A stretch of 63,834 nt of DNA, counting the filler, from Dimargaris cristalligena (Eukaryota), in the NCBI GenBank assembly GCA_003614675.1. It is 18 parts of 18 records of this genome, joined end to end, with 100 filler letters (N's around TTAATTAATTAA, not from the genome) between each part and the next. Parts side by side here need not be neighbours in the genome. Positions count along the whole stretch, not along the records: positions 25,034 to 28,495 come from ML003936.1; positions 28,596 to 32,053 come from ML003937.1; positions 32,154 to 35,611 come from ML003938.1; positions 35,712 to 39,164 come from ML003939.1; 14 more parts are not named here. One strand, given 5' to 3'. The position numbers and the translations under genes are program-made. This document shows positions 25,034 to 37,684 of the stretch, in pieces (the first letter of the stretch is position 1; each line of letters begins with the position of its first letter). The notes below the pieces were generated by a model. That model had not been told where the DNA came from. It saw only the letters and a program-made list of their open reading frames with translations, and made no database searches.

Positions 25034-28000
25034 TTATTCAATCTCCGGTCCGAACGAGTCGTTCCGGCCCCATACTAAATTTCGCCGATTGGCATCGACC
25101 GTTTTCAAGTTCAAAACTTAAAAGTCAAACTTTTTATTATAACATTAAGAGGAGACCAGAAAGATGCTCCTGGCTCTGAAAATGCGTTTGGGAGTGTTCC
25201 CGAGTCGATTGGACCACTCCCCATTGCGTTACAGCATCTGCCGCTCGGTCCGGCCGATTCGGCACTTTTTTTAATATGGTCGGCCGTTTTGGGGGTCCAA
25301 ACTAACCCTCTAATAACTCTATTATAACCTTACAAGTAGACCAGAAAGATGCTTCTGGCTCTGAAAATGCGTTTCCAAGTGTTCCCGAGTCGATTGGATC
25401 ACTCCCCATTGAGTAGGAATTTTTTCCGCTCGACCGATTACATCGTCGAAAAAACGTCGGCACGGACTTGCCTTTTATGGTAACTCCGTCAGGGTCCATG
25501 CACGTTTAGGAGATTTTATACAGCCTCAGGGAATGGTGCTAGAGTAATTCTGCCCGCGTGGTACCTCAAACCAGCTCTGAAAAATCGTTTGGAAGTGGTT
25601 TCAAGTCAATCGGAGCAGTATTCGCGGAGTTATTCGTCTCCGAGTACTTTTTACAGCCAAAAGTCCTGCAGAAATCGCCCGATTTTTGATAACTTTGCGG
25701 ACCCGAAACTCCCCTTTAAAGTGCCCTAATTCAAATTCGGCCCGCGTTGCCCGACTAAACCGACCCTGATTTGTCTAGCGCACATATTTTTAAGTCAATT
25801 GGACCAATATCCAGGGAGTTGGTCACTCAACGATTCTTTTTGATTTTAGGCTAGAGACTATAGTACACTCTTTAGCTAGGATTCAACTTCGGGACTTCCG
25901 ATTACGAACGTCGAAGCTTGTTGTGGCCCATTTTCTAGGGCTAGAAAGGCGTAAGATGGCTTAAAAAACGCGCAGAAAATAGCCTGACAATCTATTAGAC
26001 TCTGGGGTACGTGGACGTACCCCCTCAAATGCTACGGCCGATACCGTCCAAATAAAATCTTGCTATTCCGATTTGACCGCTTTAAAGTGCTCCAATCTTA
26101 ATTCTGATACCGGCAAACGTTCCTAAATGCCCTGAATTAACCTATAGGGTGTTCATTTAAATTCTAAAGGCTTCAGGAAAATACTTTTTCTATAAGAGTT
26201 TGGGTACATCGGCCCAGGCCGTGACCACGTGACCTGGCATCACAAAAAAAAATTTTGTGATGCCGCCGCTTTTTTTACACAGGTACCTTAAACCAACCCT
26301 AAAAATAACACTGGAAAAGGTCTTATTTTAATCAGATACATATTGAACGAATGGCACCATTTTCCGTCCGATCGCTACTAGCGGCCTATATTAATAGGCC
26401 TCGACCAGTATCGGCCGATTTGGGGGTCGTCACCGACGCCCACAGGACTCCATTTTAAATATAAAAGGGGACCAGAAAGATGCTTCTGGCCCTGAAAATG
26501 CGTTTGGGAGTGGTCCCGAGTCGATTGGACCACTCCCCATCGAGCAGCGGCATCTGCCGCTCGATCGACTACATCGTCGCTATAGTGTATGCAGCACTTA
26601 GCGGGCATCACAAATGACCAACCCAAATAATTTTATTTTGATACTTTTCACACCGGCAAACCCACTAAACCGGCAAAAATATTTCGATTGGCACTGGTTT
26701 CAAGTCGATCCAACCATTTGCTGACGACTTCGAAATCAATCGTTCGGTCCGATTGGGGCCCCCATAGTAAGTCGACGACCACCGTCGCCGATTTGGGGGT
26801 CGTCACTGACGCCCACAGGACTTTATTTTAAATATAAAAGGGGACCAGAAAGATGCTTCTGGCCCTGAAAATGCGTTTGGGAGTGGTCCCGAGTCGATTG
26901 GACCACTCCCCATCGAGCAGCGGCATCTGCCGCTCGATCGACTACATCGTCCCCATAGTAAATGCAACACTTAGCGGGCATCACAAATGACCAACCCAAA
27001 TAATTTTATTTTGATACTTTTCACACCGGCAAACCCACTAAACCAGCAAAAATATTTCGATTGGCACTGGTTTCAAGTCGATCCGACCATTTGCTGACGA
27101 CTTCGAAATCAATCGTTCGGTCCGATTGGGGCCCCCATAGTAAGTCGACGACCACCGTCGCCGATTTGGGGGTCGTCACCGACGCCCACAGGACTCCATT
27201 TTAAATATAAAAGGGGACCAGAAAGATGCTTCTGGCCCTGAAAATGCGTTTGGGAGTGGTCCCGAGTCGATTGGGCCACTCCCCATCGAGCAGCGGCATC
27301 TGCCGCTCGATCGACTACACCCGCTATTAAAAGTTCGGGACATAATTTCCTTTTATGGTAAGTGCCTCGCCGGCACGCACATTTAAAGGATTGTCTACAG
27401 CCCCAATACATGCCTCTAGAGTAATTCTGCCCGCATAGTACCTCAAACCAGCTCTGAAAAATCGTTTGGAAGTGGTTTCAAGTCAATCGGAGCAATATTC
27501 GCGGAGTTATTCGTCTCCGAGTACTTTTTACAGCCAAAAATGCTGCAGTAATCGGCCGATTTTGGGGAACTTTGCGGACCCAAAGCTCCCCTTTAGAGTG
27601 CCCTAATTCACATTTGGCCCGCGTTGCCCGACTAAACCGACCCTGATTTGTCTAGCGCACATATTTTCAAGTTGATTAGACCACTATCCAGGGAGTTGGT
27701 CACTCAACAATACTTTCAGATTCTAGGAACGAGACTATAGGACACTCTATACCAAGAAATCAACTTCGAGACTTCCGATTGCGAACGTTATAGCTTGTTG
27801 TGGCCCATTTTCTGGGCCTAGAAAGGCGTAAGATAGCTTAAAAAACGCGCAGAAAATAGCCTGACAATCTATTAGATTCTAGGGTACGTGGCCGTACCCC
27901 CTAAAATGCTACGGCCGATACCATCCAAATATAATCTTGCTATTCCGATTGGACCACTTTAAAGTGCTCCAATCTTAATTCTGACACCGGCAAACGTCCC

Positions 28001-28495
28001 TAAATGCCCTGAATTAACCTATAGGGTGTTCATTTAAATTCTAAAGGCTTCTGGAAAATACTTTTTCTATAAGGGTATCGTTACATGCGCACAGGCAGTA
28101 TACACATACATAACACCTCTGCAGGAAATGTTACAAACTAACCCTCACTAACCCTTACTAACTCTTTCAAACACCCCTGCAAACTTTTGGAATGATTGGA
28201 AATGTTTAATTGAATTAATCTTTAGTTCAAAATATATTCCAGTAGGTCGTGGAGGTACGGTCACTGTTTTTTAAAAGGTGAACCAAAAATAGTTGTACTA
28301 AGTAGAACCTTTTAATAATTGACAAGGGGCCTATACTAACCCTAAACAGAGCCCTTGCAACAGGAATAAGGTTTAGACCTTCCAGGGAAAAAGTTGGAAA
28401 TTTTTTTGAAAATATATACGCGCACGTATTATTTTCTTAGAACAGCGACCAAAAATAGTTGTACTAAGTGGAAGTCCCTGCAAAGTTGCAGGGAC
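25034..28495. repeat. Complex satellite-like repeat array
   Basis: A 373-bp tandem unit starts at 26414, 26787 and 27160. A ~860-bp duplication links 25340-26196 and 27217-28073. The core ACCAGAAAGATGC...GATTGGACCACTCCCCAT occurs at 25155, 25340, 26471, 26844 and 27217. Confidence 0.93.
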
Positions 28496-28979
28496 NNNNN
28501 NNNNNNNNNNNNNNNNNNNNNNNNNNNNNNNNNNNNNNNTTAATTAATTAANNNNNNNNNNNNNNNNNNNNNNNNNNNNNNNNNNNNNNNNNNNNCTCAT
28601 CAAAGTGATTAAACCGGCACTGACCACTTGTGAAGTACTGGATTACCATCAAACGCACATGTGATGTTTATGAAGTTTACGGAAATGTGACTGCGCTCTG
28701 TGCTAGTACTTTGATCTTTGATTCCATAGGCAAAGCGACCTTGTATCGCCTGCATGGGCCTCATCAGCAGCGGGTCGCCCATTTCTAGACTTTGAAAGAA
28801 GTGGCTTGACAAGCATATAAAAAGCAGCCCTCGCCTCCCCCAATGGACTCTTCAGTCCGACTTGAATCATTCCATCATCACTACAGTCCACCCTATTCCC
28901 TCTAAGCCGCTTCAATTCCCAATCCTATTACTTTTACTACACTTTTTTCATTTCACTCCCTACCCATCCCACCACCACC

Positions 28980-30004
28980 ATGGCCTGCCTCCGCTCTAAC
29001 AAAATCACCCTCTGCGTCACCTCCTGCGACCAGTGGATCGGCTTCAGCTTCTGCTATGGGATGCTGCATGGCAAGGCCCGCGACTGTATCGAGAGAATCT
29101 ACTGTGGTGTGACCGATGAGAACCGCGAGTGGGCCAAGATGCTCCGCAAGGAGGACCGTGTGCACCTGTTCAAGTACAGCGAGGACCACATGCAGGATAT
29201 CGGCAAGTACTTCAAGGAAACATGGCCGTGATCCTGGTGCCCGTCCACCAGCACCTCTCCCAGTCCGGCGAACAGCATGTTCCCAAACTGTGGAAGTGTT
29301 TCCTGGAGTGCGCCATGGAAGTCCAGGTGCGGTGCCTGACCATGCTGTCGGTGCTTAATCTCGACAAGGCCGAGGGCCAGCACCTGAAGATGCTCCACCA
29401 CATGGAGAAAATGTTCAAGGAGTGCATCGAGGGAGGCGGCCACGGCCAGCACCGTGGTCACCAGATGCACGGCCTGGTCCTCCGGATGGCCCTGCCCATG
29501 GAACACCTGTACTTCTTCCAGGACCGCATCCAGGGTGAGAGCCAGATCCCCCTACCCCTCAAGGACCATAAGTTTGCCTCCATGGCCATGTTCGACTTGG
29601 CCACCGGGTACCTGCGTCTGGTGGGTAAGCACATGAAGCAACATGAGGTAATCTGCGGTGTTGATGAGCAGGATATCTGGCTGTCCAAGGGCAAGATGCA
29701 CCTAATCTGTGCCACGGGCCCTGAGAAGGTGACCGGCAAATGTATTGCCGAGGAGGCCAGCAGTGCCCTGGACACCAAGTTCGAGTTCAAGCGCATTTCC
29801 ATGGACGAGCTCAAGCACTGCCTCAAGGAACACGGCTACCTGCGTGAGGAGGAGATTTCATGTATGGTGGAGATTTTTGAGCACATCAACAAGGGCCACA
29901 TGGATGAAGTGACCAAGGACCTCGAGAAGATGCTAGGCCACAAGCCCACCACAGTCAAGCAGTTCTTCCAGCACTACGAGAAGGACTTCAAGCCCCAGCA
30001 CTAG
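28980..30004 (+). CDS. NmrA-like/atypical SDR (NAD(P)-binding Rossmann) protein with a 1-nt frameshift near 29220
   Basis: N-terminus TLCVTSCDQWIG and C-terminus VTKDLEKMLGHKPTTVKQFF are typical of NmrA-like proteins. Strong C/G third-position bias in both frames. ORF1 stops at 29231 while the -1 frame continues MAVILVP. Confidence 0.7.
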
Positions 30005-30669
30005 ACATTTGGAGTGCAGTGGTGGCCCAGCCTGGGATATACCAGGTTACGGCCATGTTATGATAAATCCCAAAATACTCTTCAATTTGCTATCTAGTTC
30101 CTTTTGCATGACTATCTAAATCAAATACTTTACGGTCTGTTGCATATAGCCTTACTTCATCATTCATGTCATTCTGTAGGTATATTTTTGACAATAAATT
30201 CTCATGATTCTAATGAGTAAATCCGTTTGTTAACCAATACTTTAAGTGGGGAACATGTTGACCCTGTGCAAGTATTTAACTATTGTGCAAAGTGCACCAG
30301 ATGATATCTGGTAATAGGGGTGGTTAATGAGTTCCGAGTATTCTTAGCTGACGTTGGAAAATCTAGTTGCCACCAAACATCTGGGAGAAGTTCATATAAG
30401 CTGTATAACAAAAAATCCATTAGATAAGGCCAATATTACTAGTTAAAAATGAATTTCCCATATATTCACCCATATACATGTAATGCAAACCCTTATATAG
30501 CTGAGCTAAATTTTACCAACATCATCCAAAACCTTATACAGCTGCACTGAATTCCACCCATATGAATATGGTACTAGGTAAATGAAAGAGTATTCAGGTA
30601 GGGCAGCAACCTGGGGTTCAGGTAATTCAAAAAATGGCCCTGTTGGAAATACAAAATGAACATCAAAAA

Positions 30670-31223
30670 TATCACCTGGGTTAACCACTCTTAGTCCATC
30701 AAGAGTCCTGAGGATAGGCTACTAATAGTAGGTGGGGCCTAGACTTGGCCAAGCAGGCTACTAGTGTTAGGATGGGGGTATAGTACTAACTAATAAAGGA
30801 TAGAAGCAGGTAAATGTCTGGAACATGCAGCAGGCATACTTACTAGTCAATAAAAGGGGGGTGAGCATATATAGAGTCTATTGAGGTAAACTAGGGGATA
30901 GGAATAAGCTGAAGAGCTGAACCAGTCCCAGAGGGGCCTGGTTATTTATATGTGGGGACCACTCAGAATGAGAGGTCCCTAAGAGAATGGGATGACTAAA
31001 GAAGAGGTGAGAGTTGGAGTCTCAACCAAGTGGGCTTACTTTCGGAACACTCTACCGGGAAAGGAGGAATGTTGGATCAGCCAGTGGAGTATTGTGTGAG
31101 AAGTGTTGGGACCCAGACATAGTAGGTTATATAGTAAAGGGGGGGGAGTAATATGGTACAATAAGGCAAGATAGGATGGGATGATCAGTATTCCTGTATT
31201 AGGAAGGATTAGGTGGGCTGATA
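30670..31223 (-). mobile_element. Solo LTR, family A, TSD AAAAA
   Basis: TATCACC...GGGCTGATA flanked by AAAAA on both sides. Confidence 0.85.
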
Positions 31224-31366
31224 AAAAAGTCTGGTCAAAGGAAAGAAGGTAGTTAAAAGATGATAAGTACTTCTAGATAGTTAGTTTTATTGAATTGTGT
31301 AGTCAAGAGGGGAAATTATTAGTAGTTAAAATTAGAGGGTACAGAATAACTATATAATTTAATATA

Positions 31367-31949
31367 TGTTGCCCAGGTTAACCACTCTTAGTCTATCAAG
31401 AGTCCCAGGGATAAGCTTCTAATAGCAGATGGGGCTTAGGCTCAGCCAAGTGGGTCTTAGCATTAGGTTAGGGGCATGGTATGAACTAATAAAGGCTACT
31501 AGATGCAGGTATAAGTAAGGGACATATGGCAAGTATACTTACTAGTCAATAAAAGGGGAGTGGGTGTATATATGGTTTATTGGGATAAACTAGGGGGTAA
31601 GAATAAGCTAAGGAATTTAACCAGTCCCAATGGGGCCCAGTTATATATATGCAGGGACAACTCCAGAGGGAGGTCCCTAGTGAAGGATACTACTAAGACT
31701 AAGGTAAGGTAAATAGGCCAACTGGATGGCCATGGGGACTTGGAAGACTCTGATGGTAGCTGGAAGAGTCTTTGGATTGGCACTAGAGTGATTAGTGTGA
31801 AATAAGGAGTCTGGAAGGGGAATAGTTATATACTATAGAGTGATCCTATAGTACTGGGGGTGACCATGGGGAGGTTGATATGGTGCTATAAGGCCTAATA
31901 GAGATGGGCAGTATTGTGTCTGGATTAAGGCAGATTAGAAGGGCTAACA
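31367..31949 (-). mobile_element. Solo LTR, family A
   Basis: TGTTGCCCAGG...GGGCTAACA. Confidence 0.87.
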
Positions 31950-32153
31950 AATACAACAGAAGAAAGGCCACTAAAATTACCAGTAAAAAATAGTGTCCAC
32001 CTAGGAGTGATGCTGGTAATCAAAATACTTTTATTTTATATAACTATGGAAACNNNNNNNNNNNNNNNNNNNNNNNNNNNNNNNNNNNNNNNNNNNNTTA
32101 ATTAATTAANNNNNNNNNNNNNNNNNNNNNNNNNNNNNNNNNNNNNNNNNNNN

Positions 32154-32207
32154 TAGAAGCCTATCCTTGGGACTCTTGATGGACTAAGAGTGGTTAACCC
32201 AGGCAAC
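32154..32207 (+). mobile_element. LTR family A, 3' end fragment (another fragment lies at ~32796-32861, minus strand)
   Basis: GGACTCTTGATGGACTAAGAGTGGTTAACCCAGGCAACA. Confidence 0.75.
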
Positions 32208-33299
32208 ACTGAGTCTTAAGGCTTTGGCTAGTTTTCTCCCTCTGTGGTTTTATAGCTGAACAGCTGACTAACCTCTGTAGTGATACCATTTTTACATATC
32301 TTCCTTTATATATAGTCTTATAGTCAGCTTCAATAGCTGGTAAGTTATCTTTGAGATAAGTTTTTATTATCCAGAATAAATATCTGTTCTTAACTTAGCT
32401 CAGTGATTTATCTAATGTCTGCTGAAGACTTCAACCAGAAGTCGATTTTATATTTTATATTTTTTATTCCTTTTATTTACTTTATTTACTTTATTTTCTC
32501 TATAAGCCAGTTTATTAGCACATAGTCACTATGGCTCCTCCAGTTCCTAACTCCAACAATGGGAGTTTAGGATCAATTCATTTGGAACATTTTCCACTGT
32601 ACCCCAGTTCCTACTCAAACAGTAGTTCTGATTCACTTCAATAAGTGGAAGGACCATTTCCTGAGTACCCCATGTTCCACCCAGGTGCTGACCCCTTGAA
32701 CCCAATATCTGATGAATCTACCATCCTGGGAGAAGTCAAGGAGAATCCCTCCAGCTCTTCCCTCAATATGGAAGTCCCTCAAATCACTGGCAGAACACTA
32801 TAAGGCCTAATAAGGATAGACACTAACATGTTGGGATTAAGTTAAATTAGAAGGGCCAACAGTAAGTAACAGATGTCAGAATCACTTTTTTGGGAGAATG
32901 GAGTACCTTCACATTAACATAGACTAAGCATGACATCTGAGCCAAAGGACAGAGGAAACAAATGGATTACATAGGAGTGCATGGGGGTTTATATTTCGGT
33001 ATTGTTTGGTTTTTTATGGGGGATGTAATTTCATTAACAAAATTGGCAAAAAATTGACACACATAGGGTAATGCATTATTCCCTGCTGAAGATAAGCCAG
33101 ATTATGAAGTTTGAAGGCCATGTGTATTGTTGTTAGCTTTGTATAGTATTGCCAGTGTTTTCTACTTGGTAGCACTGTGCCAATCCATTGGAGTCTGATG
33201 GCCTCCCATTGTACTTGCCCAAGATGACACACAGTAAAAACAATAACATCCCACTACACAATATTAATGGACAAATTCAGTCACAAAAAGTCTCACCTA

Positions 33300-34050
33300 T
33301 CCTTTTTGTGGTGTATAAAAGTCCCGGACTATTCTATGTTTATTTTAATCATCATAAACATCCAAAGCCCAATACCGTTTATACCTGAGTCTCTAATATT
33401 CAACCCCCCACACCTCACTCCCGATATTCGAGCTATCCTCCTCGCATTACATCTAAATCCCGAATTCGCAATTACAATTACAGCAATGTCATTCCGATAC
33501 TTCACCAACCAGTATTCTCATGGAATTATCTACAGCAACCCGAGTGACCTCTGCCGGGATTATGTGGCCTATGACCCCAAGGCCAAATAGATCAGACCTG
33601 TATAATTTCGCTACTATGCTTAAAATTTAATGAGATTAAAATCGATCCATCTTTTTCATTATGGATGCCAACATTATCTAGTCTTTTCAACAGGGCGCGG
33701 GAATCGAATTACCAAAGAAATCACCTCCCTCCCGCCATCCCCGCCTCTCTAGCCATGAATATGTGCCCGCTATCTAGACATTTCCTTTAACAATAGTATT
33801 ATGCGTCATATTCTTGGTTGGCCTAATGCTTATATATTCATGTCTGCTCAGCTGGATAAAGTCAAGTCTGATCTTTTAGTTTCCACCCAGCCAAGTATCG
33901 AACATTTTATATCACATTTTCTAATTGACTCACCACCATATATCCGATACCCACCCAGCCTTTACCAATATCTACAAAGCGCCCTCTATACCTCTTTCTT
34001 GTGGGTTATTTGGTTTCATTCTTTCTGGGCGTAGGCATTCGAGCATTTAC
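33300..34050 (+). pseudogene. Possible degenerate non-LTR (LINE) ORF2 3' end (zf-RVT-like)
   Basis: Broken frames give W...HLP...MCPL...HILG.P...FLWVIWFH, resembling the decayed CCHC region and terminal W.IW motif of L1-like ORF2. Confidence 0.4.
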
Positions 34051-35955
34051 TAGGACACGCGTCTATAGTACGAAGCGGTAGGGATGCAAACAACGATTAC
34101 TTTATCATAAATTATGTATCGAAAACGGTAAATTCTTACTTTAGAGTAAGGCAATAATATCCCATACCGTATAGCCCTTGAAGATGTTAACTGAGCTGGG
34201 ACCGGAATTTGAATTATTTCAAAGTGAGGTCTGGACCGCCGTCTTCGAATACTTTACGTTACATGCAAAACCGGGATAGTACTAGTCCCCCATTGCTAAT
34301 AAAATACACATTTTTCCTCCCAAGACCCATGGTTTTTCCATTAGCCAACCCATAAGCCAATTATATATATAAGATTATGATTTGACCTATAATTTATACT
34401 GTGGCATTGCCGTTTGATCATGGATTCAGTTTTGGGGCAAGTGGACCAGAAAGGAATCAAGGTGTATTGGCTTGGCATGGAAGAGGTCACAGCCATCAGT
34501 ATTAGTTTACAAGTGATTAAATCAGAGTGAAGACTTTGGAACATTGCAACATCCGACCAGCTGATTGGCCGCTTGGTCTGCCTAACAATACATCATCTAT
34601 ACACAAAGGGTGCTCCCGGATTAATTGCTATATAGAGATATACATGTTTATATACACTGTTATACTTCGTGTAATGTTTTTTTTTTTGCATTAGAAATCA
34701 GCCGGAGGAATATCAGCTGGCGCATGGTTAAAGAGGGTCTCATGGACACGCCTCGACATATCCCCCTGGGCAGGCAAGTCGCGGGGTAGATCCCAATTGA
34801 AATGGGAATCCTTCGTAGTACGAGCATTTTTAATGTCCGCCTGTCGGTTAAAGGGCCGAATGGTATATCCCCAGCCGAAGAGAGAGAGAGAGAGAGAGAG
34901 TAGGTTTGCCCACAGTGTCAGAGGCCAATGTTCTATGCCATTGGCTGGCTGTAATTCCCATCCAACCAGATGCTGATCATGCCTCTTTGGCCATTTGATG
35001 CAAAACGGGAAAAGAAATGGAAATGGAAGGCGAGTGTAGATTAGAATGACCAGAAGACTGTTTTGGCTGCTTCCCACAGGGGGAAATCAGCCGAACTGCG
35101 GTGGTGTCTCTTATGGCATGTCGCTGTTAATGAATGGATGGCGCACAGCAGCAGCAGCAGAAGAAGGATTAGGCTGGTTCTCTTGGTGTTCCATCCCGTT
35201 CCCCCTGGTCTTCCATTGGGCCAGGCATGGAACATTCCGTCGCCCCACAAGTTCCTGTAGGAGAGAGTTGAGGTTAATCACTGGGGTGGCCTATCGGCTC
35301 TAAATCACACTGTACATTAAATATCAGGGGATTGGTCGTCGGGATGGGTGAGTAGGTGAGAGTGAATGGGTTTAGGGTTGGTCCTCGTTACAGTGGTTGT
35401 TGAGCTTGCAGCGTCTAAGGACTCATGTCGAATACTTATATTTTATCATCGACCAGATTCATCATACGACAGCCTAACTAGATAAACCGAAATGCCCTGG
35501 GTTTGGGGCACCCGTTTCTAGACCAGGGCAGCTCTCCGGACAAACAGAACCTTCTTGGTGTGTCCTCCTCCTCCTTTTGAACAAGGCTATTTATTCCTAA
35601 CGAATGGGGTCNNNNNNNNNNNNNNNNNNNNNNNNNNNNNNNNNNNNNNNNNNNNTTAATTAATTAANNNNNNNNNNNNNNNNNNNNNNNNNNNNNNNNN
35701 NNNNNNNNNNNGGAAACTTGACAGGTAAAGCCACCCGAATGGGGACTGAGCATGTTTCTACTGTAATGGCATACCTAGGCACCGGCAGTATTCGGATTAT
35801 GATTCTCGGCCGATATTCTGGATCATGCCCAATACCAGAAGCACTAATCGACTTAAACCATCGCTATTTCGCGTAATTGACATAACCTACCGGCTTTTCT
35901 GGTTCTTTCGAACCTACTATGTATGTCCCCGTTATTTTCTTGATGTGCTTTTTAG

Positions 35956-37684
35956 CCGCCTCCACGACTTCGGCTTTCGTGGTTGCACCAGTGTCGAACA
36001 GTCTTTGATTGGCGGTTGTGCCCATCTGGTATGTAGCCCGAATACTTCTTCCAGCGAAGTTTAGAGTCATTGTCACATTAATTAGCCGCCCCATCAGGCG
36101 GACAATGTATTAATCATTACTACACCTTACCATCTTAAGTATTTCATTCACTGTATTTGTATGAACCTCTGTAACTATACTGTACAATGTCAGCTCAATT
36201 TTTCAGGGTCGGATACGCTGAGTGCGGCCTATTATGCACAGTTTCACCTGAATGGTGGCTTACCCGTCGCTACTTCGATTCCGGCGACCGAGCATTCGGT
36301 AATGACGGCGTACGTGAGTGAAATAGAAGCCATTCGCGCGGTCATTGACCGGTTTGGAACGGGGGTGTTTGCCTGTGTCATGGATTCCTACGATTATGTC
36401 GCTGCCCTGGAAAAAATCCTCCCGGTGGTGGCCCAGCAGAAGCTAGCGAAGGGCGGATTTATGGTCCTTCGTCCGGATAGCGGTGATCCGGCTGATATGG
36501 TGCTCATGGGTTTAAGGTAGGTTTGGCAGCCGTATTGTGGATTTACAATAACTGCATTGCTTCTCATGCTTGATATATTCACACATATACTTACGCTCAT
36601 CCAAATCCAACGGAGTTGTATCTACATCGCGCTATTATTTTTCTTCGTTTGCTTATTTCGTCTTCTTCTTCATTTATATTTATATTTATAACGAATTTGA
36701 CCAATCGATCAGGGCCGCTGAGAAAGTATTTGGAACCGAATTAAATAGTAAAGGCTTCAAGGTAAGTGGTGTATCATTTTTATTCGACCCTGTCGGAGTG
36801 CACTTTCGATAAATTTAATTGTAAGTCGCTTTGCCCATTTACTTGCGCTGGACTAGACGTTTTAACCCTAGTTTACACTATTTTCTACGCTCCCCCTCCT
36901 TAAATCATAACTTTACCAACATAGGTACTGAAAGGATGTAGTGTTATTCAAGGTGACGGAGTGAGCTATTCTGTAATTTGCAGTTTACTTACTCTCATTC
37001 AGGACGCCGGGTTCTCGGCCGAGAATGTGGCTTTCGGAATGGGTGGCGGATTACTACAGAAAGTCCACCGCGATACGCTGTCGTTCGCCACTAAACTGTC
37101 TTACGTCAAATACGCCAACGGGGATGTTAAGCAAGTCATGAAAATCCCCCAAACTGACAAGGCCAAAATTAGCATGCCTGGTGAACTGGATGTATACCGG
37201 GACGAGCAATCGGTAAGTAAATATATAGTTCAACATTCTGTACCCACTGTCCAATTCATCTCACTAGGTCATCGCGACCTATAGACCATTATAACAATCC
37301 CCGGCTAAATCTACTGGCTCTATTTGATTTAACCCGTATTTTAAATGTCCCTGTTTACGCTATCTTGGTTTTCAACAATCCCCATGGGCAAATATACCTC
37401 CCCCCACGCATACTTAAACAAATGTAAAGCGCCCGACGACTTTTCCGCGGGATCAACCTCCTCCGACTGAGTCACCTTCGCTATTGCAAGTGGTCTACGA
37501 CCACGGTCCGCTCCCCAATTACACTTGGGATACATTTGCCCAGATTCGGGCTCGGGCTAACCGGGAGTGGGCCGCTGCCCCAACTCACCATAATGCGATC
37601 AGTACCCTCCTTCAGCAGAAAACCGCCACGGTCTTGGATGGCCTGCGTAAGGGACTAGTCGAATGCAACGCCGAAAATCGCTAA
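35956..37684 (+). CDS. NAMPT: Nicotinamide phosphoribosyltransferase-like (NAMPT/NadV type), 5' part missing; exons ~35956-36028, 36194-36516, 36713-36761, 36925-37212, ~37430-37684
   Basis: Motifs LHDFGFRG, GGCAHL|LNFSGSDT, SIPATEHS, VMDSYD, LRPDSGDP, NSKGFK|VL, IQGDG, FGMGGGLLQKVHRDT, FATK. GT-AG introns with consistent phases. Confidence 0.88.

Noticed and set aside
25155..27318. Palindromic repeats as a CRISPR-like array
   Set aside because: The units are long, the intervening sequences are themselves duplicated rather than unique spacers, there are no cas genes, and the context is eukaryotic.
26378..27411. Duplicated ORFs 26378-26626 and 27109-27411
   Set aside because: They are chance translations of the tandem repeat with different starts and ends.
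34691..35303. Protein-coding gene on the minus strand
   Set aside because: Fragmentary frames interrupted by (AG)n and (CAG)n runs, with no recognisable family.
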